Assembly: GCA_951406725.2 (NCBI GenBank)
Contig: OX597828.1
Span: forward strand, 48,546,001-48,610,000
Reading direction: 5' to 3'
DNA: 64,000 nucleotides
Origin: Octopus vulgaris
Taxonomy: Eukaryota
Shown: in pieces, positions 28,121-40,180 of the stretch
How the letters are laid out: every line of letters begins with the position of its first letter
Position numbering within the stretch: position 1 is the first letter of the stretch
Made by a program: the position numbers and the translations under genes
The notes under the pieces: generated by a model
Database searches by the model: none
Told to the model about the DNA's origin: nothing
The model's input: only the letters and a program-made list of their open reading frames with translations

Positions 28121-28833
28121 GTGTGTGTGTGCATGCGTGTGTGTGTGTGTTTGTGTGATTATGTAGCGTGAGAAATCGTAGAGAATTTTAAAAACTACAG
28201 AGTGCAATGCTGGTTGAGATAATCATTTCACAAGTTTTTGATTTCTTTTTTGCTTAACTCCGCGGTTTCTGATGCTTTTGATACATACGAGCAGCAACAA
28301 CCACAACACCAACGCCACCACCACCACCACCACCAACAACAACTCTGTTTACAACAATAACATAAAGCAATGTTTTAAAACATATACATTTAGATTATTT
28401 ACCCAAATAACAGCACACTATCAAACCTATTAAAGGGTCGCCGTACTATAATAACTCATCAGGCGTTATTACACTCACAGATACTCTCGAACTTGAAATC
28501 TATTAAACGTCGCACTTAAGCATCTAATAAGTAAATAAATAAGTAAATAGATAAATAAATATATAAATAAATAGATAAATAAATATATAAAACGTGAACG
28601 AAAGAAATGAAAACATAACAACAAGCAAAAACACTCGTAACAGCAAATGCTTTCTGCTTTTTCACACACACATGAAACTTTACTGCACCCTCCCCCCCCC
28701 CCTCAAAAAAAAGTCTACTTTGCACCCTTGATAACCACCCTGTACCCTGCTTATTTACACGTCGAATTTCTTTATCTTCTTTAATTTTCTGCAAAGTATG
28801 GGGTTACATTATTTTGGAGAAGGAGTGTGTGCA

Positions 28834-28877
<44 letters not shown>

Positions 28878-29419
28878 CGTTAGGGCTGGTGTTTTTGTTG
28901 TTTTTTTTTTGTGGGGGTTTTAATTTTTTATTTTAATGTTTATTTTTATCTTCAAAAGCTGCTCCTTAATGCAGTGGAATTTAACATCCTGCTAAAATAT
29001 ATTTCTTCTCAGGCATTCAAACTAATGAAGCGTCTTTACATCAAAAGACACAACAGATCGCTTGCAAATAATAATAATAATAATAATAATTAAAAAAATA
29101 AAAGAGAAAAGAGAAAGAAAGAAAGAAAGAAAGAAATGGTACGAAAACTTTTCTCAATGCTCTTCTGCACTTTACGACTTTTCAAATAAGTTCCTTAACC
29201 ATTTAACGACCAACAGTACAAGACTGATAACGCGTCCTATTGGAAATTTATAAAAATATTATTTATTATTATAATAATTATTATTATTATCATTATTATT
29301 ATTATTGTTGTTACTATTACGTTACTTGTTCTTTTACCCGTTCCAGCCTACTGATAGTAGCCAGGCTGGGGCCCCAAATATTATCACTTGCAATACTGGT
29401 GTTGTTATTGTACTACGAA

Positions 29420-30310
29420 GCCAAAATGCTGATATAGGACATGCAGTAACTCATCAGTGGCTGAGGAGTTCAGGGTTGAAAATAGAGACTGAAGGCTTCA
29501 TACTTGCAGCACAGGATCAAATCTTGCTTACTAGAAATTACCATGCCAACGTTCTCCGAAACGGCACTGATTCTAAATGCAGATTCTGCAACACATTTGA
29601 CGAAACAACAAACCATCTCGCTTCGGGATGTCCTGTGCTAACACCAAACGAATACAAAAGTCGCCACGATAGGGTAGGACAGTATTTACATTTGAAAATA
29701 TGTAGCTACTACAAAATCGGAACCCCTGCTTACTGGTATGAACATCATCCTGAGCCAGTTGTTGAAGGTAAAAATATCACCATCCTATGGGATTTTCCAG
29801 TTAACACTAACAGAACAATCCAGGATAATCGACCAGACATAATTATTAAAGACAGGGAAGAAAATACATGCAGACTAATAAATGTAAGTGTTCCCAGTGA
29901 TAAAAGTACTTCTGTAAAGGAGTTTGACAAATTTAGTAAATATAAGGACCTAGAGATTGAAATACAAAAGAAGTGGACTCGTAAAGCAAAAATTGTTCCT
30001 GTTATTGCAGGTGCGCTAGGTATGATTAAAAAAAAAGGGGGGATGCCAGAAACATTTAGACAACATCCCAGGAGAACCATGTCTCACGAAAATCCAAAAG
30101 ATTGAGCTGACAATTACTACCAACATCCTTAGAAAATCCCTATCAATTTAAATGTTAGCGTTGTATTATATTGAGGCTTTTCTCTACTGCCCTCGTCAAT
30201 CTTTCAATTATATTTCAACACCTCTTGACTTTCATTTGTCCTAGGGCGCTGGGTATGTCCCGACATGTGATTGCATCAAACAGGCAGATTAAAAGTAAGC
30301 AACAGTGCTG
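29420..30310 (+). mobile_element. R4/Dong-type non-LTR retrotransposon 3' part (zinc knuckle and restriction-like endonuclease)
   Basis: LKIETEGFILAAQDQ, CRFC...ETTNHLASGC (CCHC), YKSRHDRV, ILWDF, NRPDII, KFSKYKDL, VPVIAGALG. Frameshift near 30035; followed by a (TAC)n(TAA)n(GAA)n microsatellite. Confidence 0.88.
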
Positions 30311-30326
30311 CTACTACTACTACTAT

Positions 30327-30422
<96 letters not shown>

Positions 30423-30599
30423 GTAGTAGTAGTAGAAGAAGAAGAAGAAGAAGAAGAAGAAGAAGAAGAAGAAGAAGAAGAAGAAGAAGAAGAAGAAGAA
30501 GAAGAAGAAAGAGGATGATGAGGAAAATGTACTACTAATAATCTATTTATCTCATTAATCTGTTATAAGTATGTTTTCAATAGGACGTTAAAGGAAGTC

Positions 30600-30957
30600 T
30601 CAAGGCCCTAAATTTGGGAGGAGGGGACCAGTCGATTAGATCGACCCCAGTACCCCTAAAGGATGAAAGCCAAAGTCGACATCGGCGGAATTTGAACTCA
30701 GAACGTAAGGACAGACGAAATACTTATTTCCTTACTACCCACAAGGAGCTAAACACAGAGAGGACAAACAAGGACAGACAAACGGATTAAATCGATTATA
30801 TCGACCCCAGTGCGTAACTAGTACTTGTTTAATCGACCCGGAAAGGATGAAAGGTAAAGTCGACCTTGGCGGAATTTGAACTCAGAACGTAGCGGCAGAC
30901 GAAATACTGCTTAGTATTTCGCCCGGTGTGCTAACGTTTCTGCCAGCTCGCCGCCTT
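30600..30957 (-). mobile_element. SINE family B tandem composite
   Basis: Full unit plus partial unit, same junction as at 6061-6075. Confidence 0.85.
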
Positions 30958-30974
30958 TTTAACGAAGAAAGAAT

Positions 30975-31232
30975 ACGATACTCCGTCGGTTAAGACGACA
31001 AGGATTGTAGTTGATCTGAAATTAACGTGCAAGTGGCTGAGCACTCCACTGACACGTGTACCTCTAACGTAGGTCTCAAGGAGATTCAGCCTGACACAGA
31101 GTGTGACAAGGCTGGCCCTTTGAAATACAGATACTACTCATGTTTGCCAGCTGAATGGACTGGAGCAACGTGAAATAAAGTGTCTTGCTCAAGGTCACGA
31201 ATCGTCGCCGGGAATTGAACTCACGACCTTGC
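30975..31232 (-). mobile_element. SINE of the 38038 type, partial
   Basis: Reverse complement of the CTTGAGCAAGACACTTTATTTCACGTTGCTCCAG body and the family C tail. Confidence 0.7.
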
Positions 31233-31234
31233 GA

Positions 31235-31650
31235 ATACCGCCTTCATACCAAGAAAGAATACATCCACAGGAATGACTGTGTCGGAGCTTTCATGTATTG
31301 GAAGATATGTCAGTATTATGAAATATCAGTAGAAACGAGGGGCGGTATGGGCAAGCGCCAGAAACAGCCTCAAACGGCGACTATACTCTGATATATTTTG
31401 CCAATCCACACAAAGCGATCAAGGATATTGTTGCCAAGAATCCCACGGGGAAAGAAACTGGATCCTAATCAAAATATCAGCCCCGACAGATGATAATATA
31501 TCTCTTGAAGAAAATGAAGAATTAACCAAGTATGAAAATTGCGGAAACGGAGGAAATCCAGTTGTGACAGCTAGAGATAACCCGTATATGACGCGCATGC
31601 ACTTTAACGTTTGGCGACATAAAAATCCCTGTAATAATAGGTGACTTGGG
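31235..31650 (+). mobile_element. Highly degenerate R4/Dong-type fragment
   Basis: KKEYIHRNDCVGAFMYWKIC.YY parallels NEYKSRHDRVGQYLHLKICSYY of the 29.4-kb copy; downstream ISAPTDDNISLEENEELTKY matches the RLE region. Confidence 0.55.
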
Positions 31651-31769
31651 AATGACAGAATGCATAAATGAATAAATGAATAAATAAATAAATATGTAAA
31701 TAAATAAATCATGCAGCTGTGTCAGAGGAAAGGTGCAGAAGGAAGTATCGTACGAAAGGAGTCCACAGA

Positions 31770-31770
31770 T

Positions 31771-31824
<54 letters not shown>

Positions 31825-31836
31825 ATAGCAGTAGTG

Positions 31837-31877
<41 letters not shown>

Positions 31878-32082
31878 GGTGGTGGTGGTGGTAATAGTAG
31901 TGGTGGTGGCGGTGGTGGTGGTGGTGGTGGTGGTGGTGGTAGTAGTAGTTGTAGTAGTGGTGGTTGTGGTGGTAGTAGTAGTGGTGGTGGTGGTGGTGGT
32001 GGTGGTATTGGTGGTGGTGGTGGTAGTAGTAGTAGTAGTGGTGGTGGTGGTGGTGGTGGCGGCGGCAGTGGTGGTGGTAGTA
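31770..32082. repeat. (GTA)n/(GGT)n compound trinucleotide repeat
   Basis: Direct inspection. Confidence 0.9.
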
Positions 32083-32323
32083 TTTGCACCAAAGCATACG
32101 GTATAAAGTAGAAGTGGGGGGAGGGCACACTTGACGGGCAGAACACACAATGCAAAACGGTTCCGAAGAAGTAACCGTTTTCTTCTGATCAGCGAACAAA
32201 TACTCCTATATATCGAAGCGATTCAGCTTTGAAGATGAAACAAGAAATTTGTTGCTCTTGCGACACCAATCTGAGAGTGAGGGTTGCCTCTTGTAAAATT
32301 TAGGCATATCTATATTACTCACA

Positions 32324-32625
32324 GTGGAGGCACATGGCCTAGTGGTTACAGCAGCGGACTTGCGGTCGAGGGATCGCGGGTTCGAATCTCAGACCGGGTG
32401 ATGTGTGTGTCTATGAGCGAAACACTTAAGCTTCACGCGGCTCCGACAGAAGGTAATGGCGGACTTCTGCTGACTCTTTTGCCACAACTTACTCTCACTC
32501 TTTCCTCCTGCATCTTGCAGCTCACCTGCGATGGACCGGCGTGCCGTCCAGGTGTGGAACCTATACGTCAAAGAAACCGGGAAACCGGCCCTTATGAGCC
32601 AGGCATGGCTCGAGAAAGAACAAAC
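32324..32625 (+). mobile_element. SINE family C-related, alternative tail
   Basis: GTGGAGGCACATGGCCTAGTGGTTACAGCAGCGGACTTGCGG head; AAACCGGGAAACCGGCCCTTATGAGCC tail as at 44450. Confidence 0.75.
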
Positions 32626-33327
32626 AACATATTACTCAGTGTCGCAATGAAACCAGATCTATTCCAGACACGCTCGACAGTGTGTGACTGAGAACAAAAG
32701 ACTTTAAGCATCTTCGACTACACTGCTGGCGACAACCTTTGGTAAAATCTTCAACTCCGTATCATGAAATAGTTATGATCCTGAGTTATCTTTTATATCC
32801 CGGATCCTTCCTCAACTGCATCACTTCTGCCCACCTCATATAGCTGAGAATGTTCTCAAGCTGCTTTCAGCTGCAATAAACGGTTATTAAGACAGTAGCA
32901 AACATCCCTGATATGTAGCATTAAAGCTTGCAGAGCAAACCGTCACCTTCTGATGATATTCTCTTCATACAGCGGCTCACCACATCTGCCATTTTTATTG
33001 TTGAAATTGATGTTTTCCCAGCACTGCGCGGCTTTATTGAGGGTCACGATAGGTCATTTTGGTAGCTATCGAAACCCATCGTCTCCAGTCAAAGAACGTT
33101 GCTAATAAACTGCACACAGCAGTTTGGAATTGAATAGCATGCATCATCGGTAGTCCATTAGAGATTGAATTGTTACTCTGTTGCTACGACGCACCTTTTA
33201 CGCTCGAACGCTCATCATTCGGTTTTCGTGTCCTCGTATTTCAGAATATGCACTCTAGCAGCAACAACAACAACGTATCCTTTGTGCCTCACGTTGAAGA
33301 AACGGTAAATGACATGGTTGGAGATAA

Positions 33328-33726
33328 TCTTTATATATAAAAGTGAGGTTGTGTGCTGTCTGTCTCCTACGATTTAGATTCCTAACTACTCCCACATTTT
33401 GCGGTGCAGTTTAACCAAAACCGGGTATCTTATAGTCGTGATTCATATCGAGCCCTTCTGGGTATTAGCGCGCGTCTACGATGAGTCTACGATTTTAAAA
33501 ATAACTTACCATCAATTTTTCCCATTTTTAATGCATTTTTGGCATATATAAGGGAAGTAACTCTCTAAAAATTTATTATTAAATCTCAGAACGTAAAAAG
33601 CTACAGTAACACCCCCCCCCCTTTGTGGTTAGCCATATTGAGATTGCTATTATACTTTACATCTCTAAAAATGCTTATATAGTTATTTCCCTTACAAACC
33701 CGAGCAACGCCGGGCGGTACTGCTAG
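33328..33726 (+). mobile_element. Complete non-autonomous Helitron
   Basis: 5' A|TCTTTATATATAAAAG; 3' GC hairpin CCCG-AGCAACGC-CGGG then CTAG|T; A^T insertion site, no TSD. Confidence 0.8.
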
Positions 33727-34464
33727 TTCTATCGAAAGGATTACTGATTCCTCTTAGAGCAGAAGAGTTTCGAGTTGTTGCTGGTGGTGGTGGGGGCGGC
33801 GGCGACGACGGTTGAGGTGGTGGTGGCGTTGACATTTTTTTAGATGTTAAAGTATGACACTAAAATTAGATACAAACACCGAAATCAGAGAATTAAACCC
33901 GAATCACGATGAAACTGATAAAACAAAACAGAGAGAAGCGAAGGAAAAAGAAAAGTGTACTACAGAATCTGACTCAATTAATTGTAAAAACTAAAAAGCG
34001 ATGCTAGAAATAATAGGTATAAATAACCATTCCGTAATAAATTAAAGCTTCAATATAACAAAGTGCAAGTGATTCGATAAGATTATGGTGAAAGTGAACT
34101 ACAGAGACTACTAACAACGTTTCTATGCCACCACTTCAAAGAGTAAGAGTATAGCATACATCTACTCGCCATACAAGAGTGGCAGTGTCTGATAAACAGA
34201 GGAAACTTCAACAAAGTAACAACAGCGGACTAGGAAAATACTTAGAATTAAGCAAAGCGAAACTGATAAGTGTACTAAGGAAATATAAGATCTCTCTCGC
34301 AATACATACACACACACACGCATGCAAGGATACATATAAGGAAAATAGTCAAGTACAAACGGGAAACTATCTACACTGAAATAACAAATTTAAACCAAAA
34401 CAACAGAAAAAAAAAAGTTAAAAGAAAATGCACTAAACATCAAAACGGAATTTCAAAATACATT

Positions 34465-34665
34465 GGTTTCAAATTTTGGAACAAGGCCAGCAAGTTCGGT
34501 ATGTGTGTGTGTGTGTGTGAAGTGGGCTTCGATTACATCGATCGCAGCGCTAGATTGATACTTATTTTATCGACTCCGACAGGATGAAATGTAAAGTCGA
34601 CCTCGGATCAATTTGAACCCAGAACGTAAAGACGGACGAAATTCCGCTAAGCAACTCGTCGCCTT
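34465..34665 (-). mobile_element. Old SINE family B copy
   Basis: GGATGAAATGTAAAGTCGACCTCGG..ATTTGAAC.CAGAACGTAAAGACGGACGAAA. Confidence 0.7.
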
Positions 34666-34945
34666 ATGGAATTTCAAAACATATTGTGAACAAGTTTAGC
34701 GATAAAAGCCATCTCTGGGCCAATATTTCGCAAGGCACAATGGGGAGTAAGTAAGCCCGATTGAAATCCAACATTAGTCTTAAGGACTCTGGACTTCAAC
34801 CGAAAAAGGCCTGGTTTTTTACTGCACATAACTAATGCTAACTAACAAACAACTAGGAGAAGAAAATAATCTTTTCTAATCTAGGCACAAGGCCCGTAGA
34901 AAAATAAAATAATGAACAAAGTTACAAACATGAAATACATACAAT

Positions 34946-35355
34946 GCGCAGGAGTGGCTGTGTGGTAAGTAGCTTGTTTACAAACCACATGGTTCCGGGT
35001 TCAGTCCCACTGCGTGGCACCTTGGGCAAGTGTCTTCTACTATAGCCTCGGGCCGATCGAAGCCTTGTGAGTGGATTTGGTAGACGGAAACTGAAAGAAG
35101 CCCGTCGTATATATGTGTATATATATATATATGTGTGTGTGTGTGTATTTCTGTGTCTGTGTTTGTCACCCTAGCATTGCTTGACAACCGATGCTGGTGT
35201 GTTTATGTCCCCGTTACCTAGCGGTTCGGCAAAAAGAAACCGATAGAATAAGTACTGGGCTTACAAAAGAATAAGTCCCGGGGTCGAGTTGCTCGATTAA
35301 AGGCGGTGCTCCAGCATGGCCGCAGTCAAATGACTGAAACAAGTAAAAGAATAAA
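34946..35355 (+). mobile_element. SINE family A, full length
   Basis: Same head, body and tail as 4018-4460. Confidence 0.9.
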
Positions 35356-36029
35356 GAGAGAATGCAATGAGGCACTTTTTATACTTCTAGCTCTAGTTTT
35401 TCATAATCTAGACGTAATAAAAATGCACGTCAGCATCTTTTTGTGACGAATTTCGAACATTTTCAGTTTCTGTCATAGGCAAGGACCAACTGGCGTCTAG
35501 CTGTTCAGTCAGCACACTTGCAATAGAATTTTTAACGTGACAGCTTAACATTTTTTTAAAACGTACCCAGTTTCACGTTGTCAAACCGCAGCTGCTGCGA
35601 AAGGATATTTCTATATTGTAATTAATGGAGAAATTTTACATATTCGCTATCTAATATCGGTGAAGTATTTCATAATTTGAAAAGGGGAGGGACAATATAG
35701 AACATTTCAGTTAGCAATAAAAAAAAAACCCTGGTTTATTTGTGGCTGAAATGCTTTTATAAGTAAAAAAAGGCAAGGAGATTTTGTAGGTTGCTAAACC
35801 ATTATACAGAGCAATGCGAGTTTTTAAAATAATTTCTTTACTAAATATCTGCGAAAGTTTCTTTGGCAAAGAATGCATAATAATTCTTTCTTTGATCTGA
35901 TTTTAAGGATTATGACATAACTATAACTTTGTGAATTTGTAATTTACTTACGTTGCGTAAAAATTACCACAATTTCAGTTTCGCTTGATCATCATTTCTA
36001 CAATTGGAACAGGACCTAAAGTTTAGTAG

Positions 36030-36376
36030 ATGGCATCGACTCTAGTGCTCAACTGGAATTGCTTTATCGGCCTTGAAAGGGATGAAAGGTAAATTCCACC
36101 CAAGCGGAATTTGAACTCAGAACATAAAGAAGGAAGAAATGCCACCAAGCCTTTTGTCCGGCGTGCCCGCTCATCACCTTCAGATCAAATAGATATAACT
36201 TTCAAATTTTGGCACAAGGCCAGCAATTTGGGGGAGAGGGGGTAAGTCGATTACATCGACACCAGTACTCAACTGGTACTTATTTTATCGACCCTGAAAA
36301 GATAAAAGCAAAGTCGACCTCGGCGGAATTTGAACTTATGCCCGGCTGGCTAAGTATTCAACCAGCTCGCCGCCTT
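36030..36376 (-). mobile_element. Two old SINE family B copies
   Basis: Core GTACTCAACTGGTACTTATTTTATCGACCC, heads CCAGCTCGCCGCCTT. Confidence 0.7.
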
Positions 36377-36755
36377 AAACATCAAATAAATATGAGAATG
36401 AAATAAATTTTTCATTGTGGAAATAATTTGTAATGTTAAACCTCCTCTTTCTCTTTGTATATCTGTTTCCCCCCCTCTCTCTCTCTCTCTCCCTTTCTCT
36501 TTATACGATGTAAAGCGTGATTAAAGAGTCAACCAAACAACCAACCAACATTTATATTACGTATTATTATTATACAGAGATATCTATATTTATAAAGTTA
36601 ATGTTAAAAATTAGTTTTACATTTAACTTTTTTATTATTGACTTCTGCTTTTGATTTTGTAACTCCTGTGCCTGACAAATTCGGCTCATTTTGAACTTTG
36701 TTATTCGGCGTCAAGGCTTCAGAGCAAGGTTATTTTCTCTGTTATGAATTTGAAA

Positions 36756-37046
36756 TCACCAACTGAAATCATCAGTGATTGCAACGACTTCGAATGGGTT
36801 TTGTTCCGTGTTCTCCAAGACTATAGAAGGTGGCTGTGGAAGATAGGACCCTAGACATGTGCAGTAATTGTGTGTTTGTGGTGGAGGAGAGAAGAACGAC
36901 GCCCTCCATTCACATTGGATAATGGTTTTGATGTTTTTGTTCATGGTGTTACAATAGGTTTGACGTGAGGTTGCGTCTACGTTGCGTGTGGGTGACGCCA
37001 ATGCCACGAACGTTAGAAAAAAGTGAAATGACGTTCTCATCAGCAT
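36756..37046 (-). CDS. Candidate signal-peptide ORF (alternative first coding exon or nested small secreted protein)
   Basis: Non-repetitive 96-aa ORF MLMRTSFHFFLTFVALASPTRNVDA-TSRQTYC...: basic N-terminus, hydrophobic core, V-D-A cleavage-like site, 4 Cys. Acceptor ttactgttaccttcaacag ends at 37058, 11 nt before the ATG. Possible donor TTG|gtgatt at 36760/36759 (phase 2). Confidence 0.45.
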   Translation of the reverse strand: MLMRTSFHFFLTFVALASPTRNVDATSRQTYCNTMNKNIKTIIQCEWRASFFSPPPQTHNYCTCLGSYLPQPPSIVLENTEQNPFEVVAITDDFSW

Positions 37047-37763
37047 AGAAGAGAGCTCTGTTGAAGGTAACAGTAAGGTCGTTGTGACCTTAGTTGGTTG
37101 TGACTTCCTAAATTGTTTCTAAAAGCCACGATATTAAAGTACTTTCACTCGGTTGGGAAGTTCAGTAAATCTTTTTAACACATGTAAATAAAAAAAAAAC
37201 AACTAATCCCTTTTTTTTACAATTCACTGATTAAGGATCTAACGTATACTAACGACTTTCACCTGCTAACTCACGCAGAATAAAAGATAACATGTTATTC
37301 ACTGATTGTTTTCTCAAGTGAAGCAAAGATCAATTACCTTGGTAATTGATCTCAGTGGGAGCAACATGATCTGTATTCACTCTTCTTTACATAATATTTG
37401 CCATCAGAAAATATCATATAAAGAGTCGTGAGAAGTCGTGGGAGCGATGAGTATAATGTTTCTCCGTACTTTTTCTGATTGTCTGCGTTCTGAGTTCCAA
37501 TCCCGCTAACGTAAGTTTTGCTTTTTAGTCTTTCGGATCGATAAAAAAAGTTCTTCCAGTCAGAGCTGGTGAAAGTGTTAGTGGGTGGGGAAGAAAGGTG
37601 CCTTGTAGAGCTTATTTTTAGCTCTTTGCGTTCTAACATCAAACTCTGCTGCGGAACTAGTAACGCGCAATATAAAGTCTCTTCTCAGATACTGGTCGTC
37701 ACACCCGTGGACGATCATTCGGGATGCGCCCTAATCAAAAACACAGACACGCACGCACACACA

Positions 37764-37795
<32 letters not shown>

Positions 37796-38037
37796 TACAT
37801 ATGTATAGATGCGCACACAGCGGACAAAGACAGCTACATTGAGGTTGTTAGCAAAAACGCACAACACGAAAGTGTTTAAGACTTGCCAAAGCTCATGGGA
37901 GACAGATTCTCTGCGCAGCATTGCGACACCCGTCGGTTGCGATCGCTTAAAGTAGGAGATACTTATTCCAAACAAGTTCCCTCAATGAAAGACAGCTTGA
38001 CCAATGCATTTATGTCACCTCATTAGTAATCCGTAAG

Positions 38038-38270
38038 TGAAGGCGCATGGCTTAGTGGTTAGGGCATTCGGATCCAATAGTAAGGTCGTGAGTTCAATTC
38101 CCGGCGACGGGTTGTGTCCTTGAGCAAGACACTTTATTTCACGTTGCTCCAGTTCACTCGACTGGCAAAAATGAATAGTATCTGTATTTCAAAGGGCCAG
38201 CCTTGTCACACTCTGTGTCACGCTGAATCTCCCTGCGAACTGCGTTAAGAGTACACGTGTCTGTGAAATG
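38038..38270 (+). mobile_element. tRNA-SINE with a different body and the family C tail module
   Basis: GAAGGCGCATGGCTTAGTGGTTAG head, GTGTCCTTGAGCAAGACACTT body, then TTTCAAAGGGCCAGCCTTGTCACACTCTGTGTCACGCTGAAT as in family C. Confidence 0.75.
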
Positions 38271-38284
38271 CCCGACTGGAAGAC

Positions 38285-38868
38285 CCTCAAGGATTTCGTC
38301 GAATAAATCGAAACCTGTACTTATTTTTAAGTCTGATTCTTATTCTGTCGTTCTCTTTTGCCGCACCACTAAGATACAGGGGCGTAAAAAAATCACCACC
38401 AGCTGTCAAGCGGTGGAAGAACAAGCAGAAATGTAAAGACGTACGCACACATCCACAGATACATACACCCATACACACCCACACACACATGTATACGACA
38501 GGCTTTCACACAGTTTCGGTCAACCAAAATCCCCCACAAGGCATTAGTCGGCCTGAGGCTATAGTAGAAGGCACTTGCTTAAAGTGCCATACAGAGGAAC
38601 TGAACCCGAAACTCTGTGGTTGCAAAAGCAAGTTTCTTAACCACACAGCCAAATACTGCAATACTGGTTGTCTAAAATATTTTACAGTTTCATATCGCAT
38701 AAATAATGTGATTTAGTGATGATGAGTTCAAATCACTGTCGGCACTTATTCTATTAGTCTCCTTTTGCCGAACCGCTTTGTTACAGGGACGTAAACAAAG
38801 TAATACCGGTTGGTAAGCAGTGACAGGGGTGACAAAGACAAATACACACACACGCACACACAAACACA

Positions 38869-38949
<81 letters not shown>

Positions 38950-39120
38950 ACACATATGTACATACGAAGGGTTTCTTTCAGTTTCCTTGTAACAAATTCA
39001 CTCACAAGGTTTTGGTCTTTCCGGGATATTTTGTAAAAGACGCTACATGGTAAAACTGAACCCGAAACCATGTAGCTGAGAAGACAGCTTCTTACATACC
39101 ACACAGTCACGCCTGCTCCA
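38285..39120 (-). mobile_element. Two diverged SINE family A copies (about 38285-38650 and 38745-39120)
   Basis: Degenerate matches (TTTTGCCG.ACC.CT, CAGTTTC, CACAAGG, ACTGAACCCGAAAC, CCACACAG). Confidence 0.7.
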
Positions 39121-39435
39121 ATGAGTTTGTAAAAGGTTTCAGATCACCAATATGGTAGATTCTCTCTGAAACCATAATCGACAACTTTCACGGAGAGCAA
39201 CATTCCATAATGGCTAACTTGCTGGTTATCTAAAATATGGCGGATTATATGCTAGCGTCTGAATATATGCATATAGCATGGGAAATTGCACACACTTGTA
39301 CATACACTCAATGCAGTACACTCACACACACACACACACTAACAAACATACATGTATATAAATGTATATACAATTTATCCCTACATGAACAGATGTACAT
39401 ATAAGTGCTAAATATTTCAAGTATGTTCAAGTGTT

Positions 39436-39477
<42 letters not shown>

Positions 39478-39560
39478 CTTGTGTGTGTGTGTGTAGATAA
39501 AAGCATCATACGTACTTACACCCATGTATACACGTATGTATATATATATATATGTATATA

Positions 39561-39607
<47 letters not shown>

Positions 39608-39900
39608 ACAGAGAGAGAGGGGGAGGGAGAGTGAAAGAAGCACAAGGAAGAAAGAATACGAGAAACTCGATAAATATGTGGATATCATATTCAGCCATAG
39701 AAATGAAAGCATATGTGTGTGTGAGTGTGTGTGTGTGTATGTATGTATGTATGTATGTATGTATGTATGTATGTATGTATGTATGTATGTATGTATGTAT
39801 GTGTGTGTGTGTATGTATGTATACACGCGAACATATATGCACGGTTGTGTCGTTAAGAGGCTCGTTTTCCCCATGCGGCTTAGTTTCGTAAACTACTTAC

Positions 39901-40180
39901 AGAAGCCTAGTTCGTCAGACGCGGGCAGCCGAATGGAGAGGTACAAGAAGTCCAAGATTGCTACCGGAAATTGGACTGCTCTTGTTGAAGGCGGATCGCA
40001 TGGTGTTATTAGAAGAGGAATCGAAATGCATTAAAAAGGTACATTTCTTGGACCGCTTGGCTGGACAGGAAGCTGGTGCATTTCGCTGTTTGACTGATCT
40101 TTGAAAGTGACTTGCGCGAACGGATCTGTCGCCGGTGAGGATGTCAGCTGCATGAGTGCGTAGATGTGGGTGCTTGGTGC
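39901..40180 (-). other. Candidate non-coding (5' UTR) exon
   Basis: Island of unique, higher-GC sequence between microsatellites, ending in a consensus donor CTTCT|gtaagtag at 39901/39900. The 5' boundary is uncertain (weak acceptor gtacag at 40181). Confidence 0.3.

Noticed and set aside
31522-32199. Pro-, His- and Gly-rich ORFs
   Set aside because: Artefacts of the (GTA)/(GGT) repeat.
35555-35605. Possible 25-28-nt micro-exon (ctttcgcag ... gtacgt) on the minus strand
   Set aside because: Moderate splice signals only and no peptide similarity; expected by chance.
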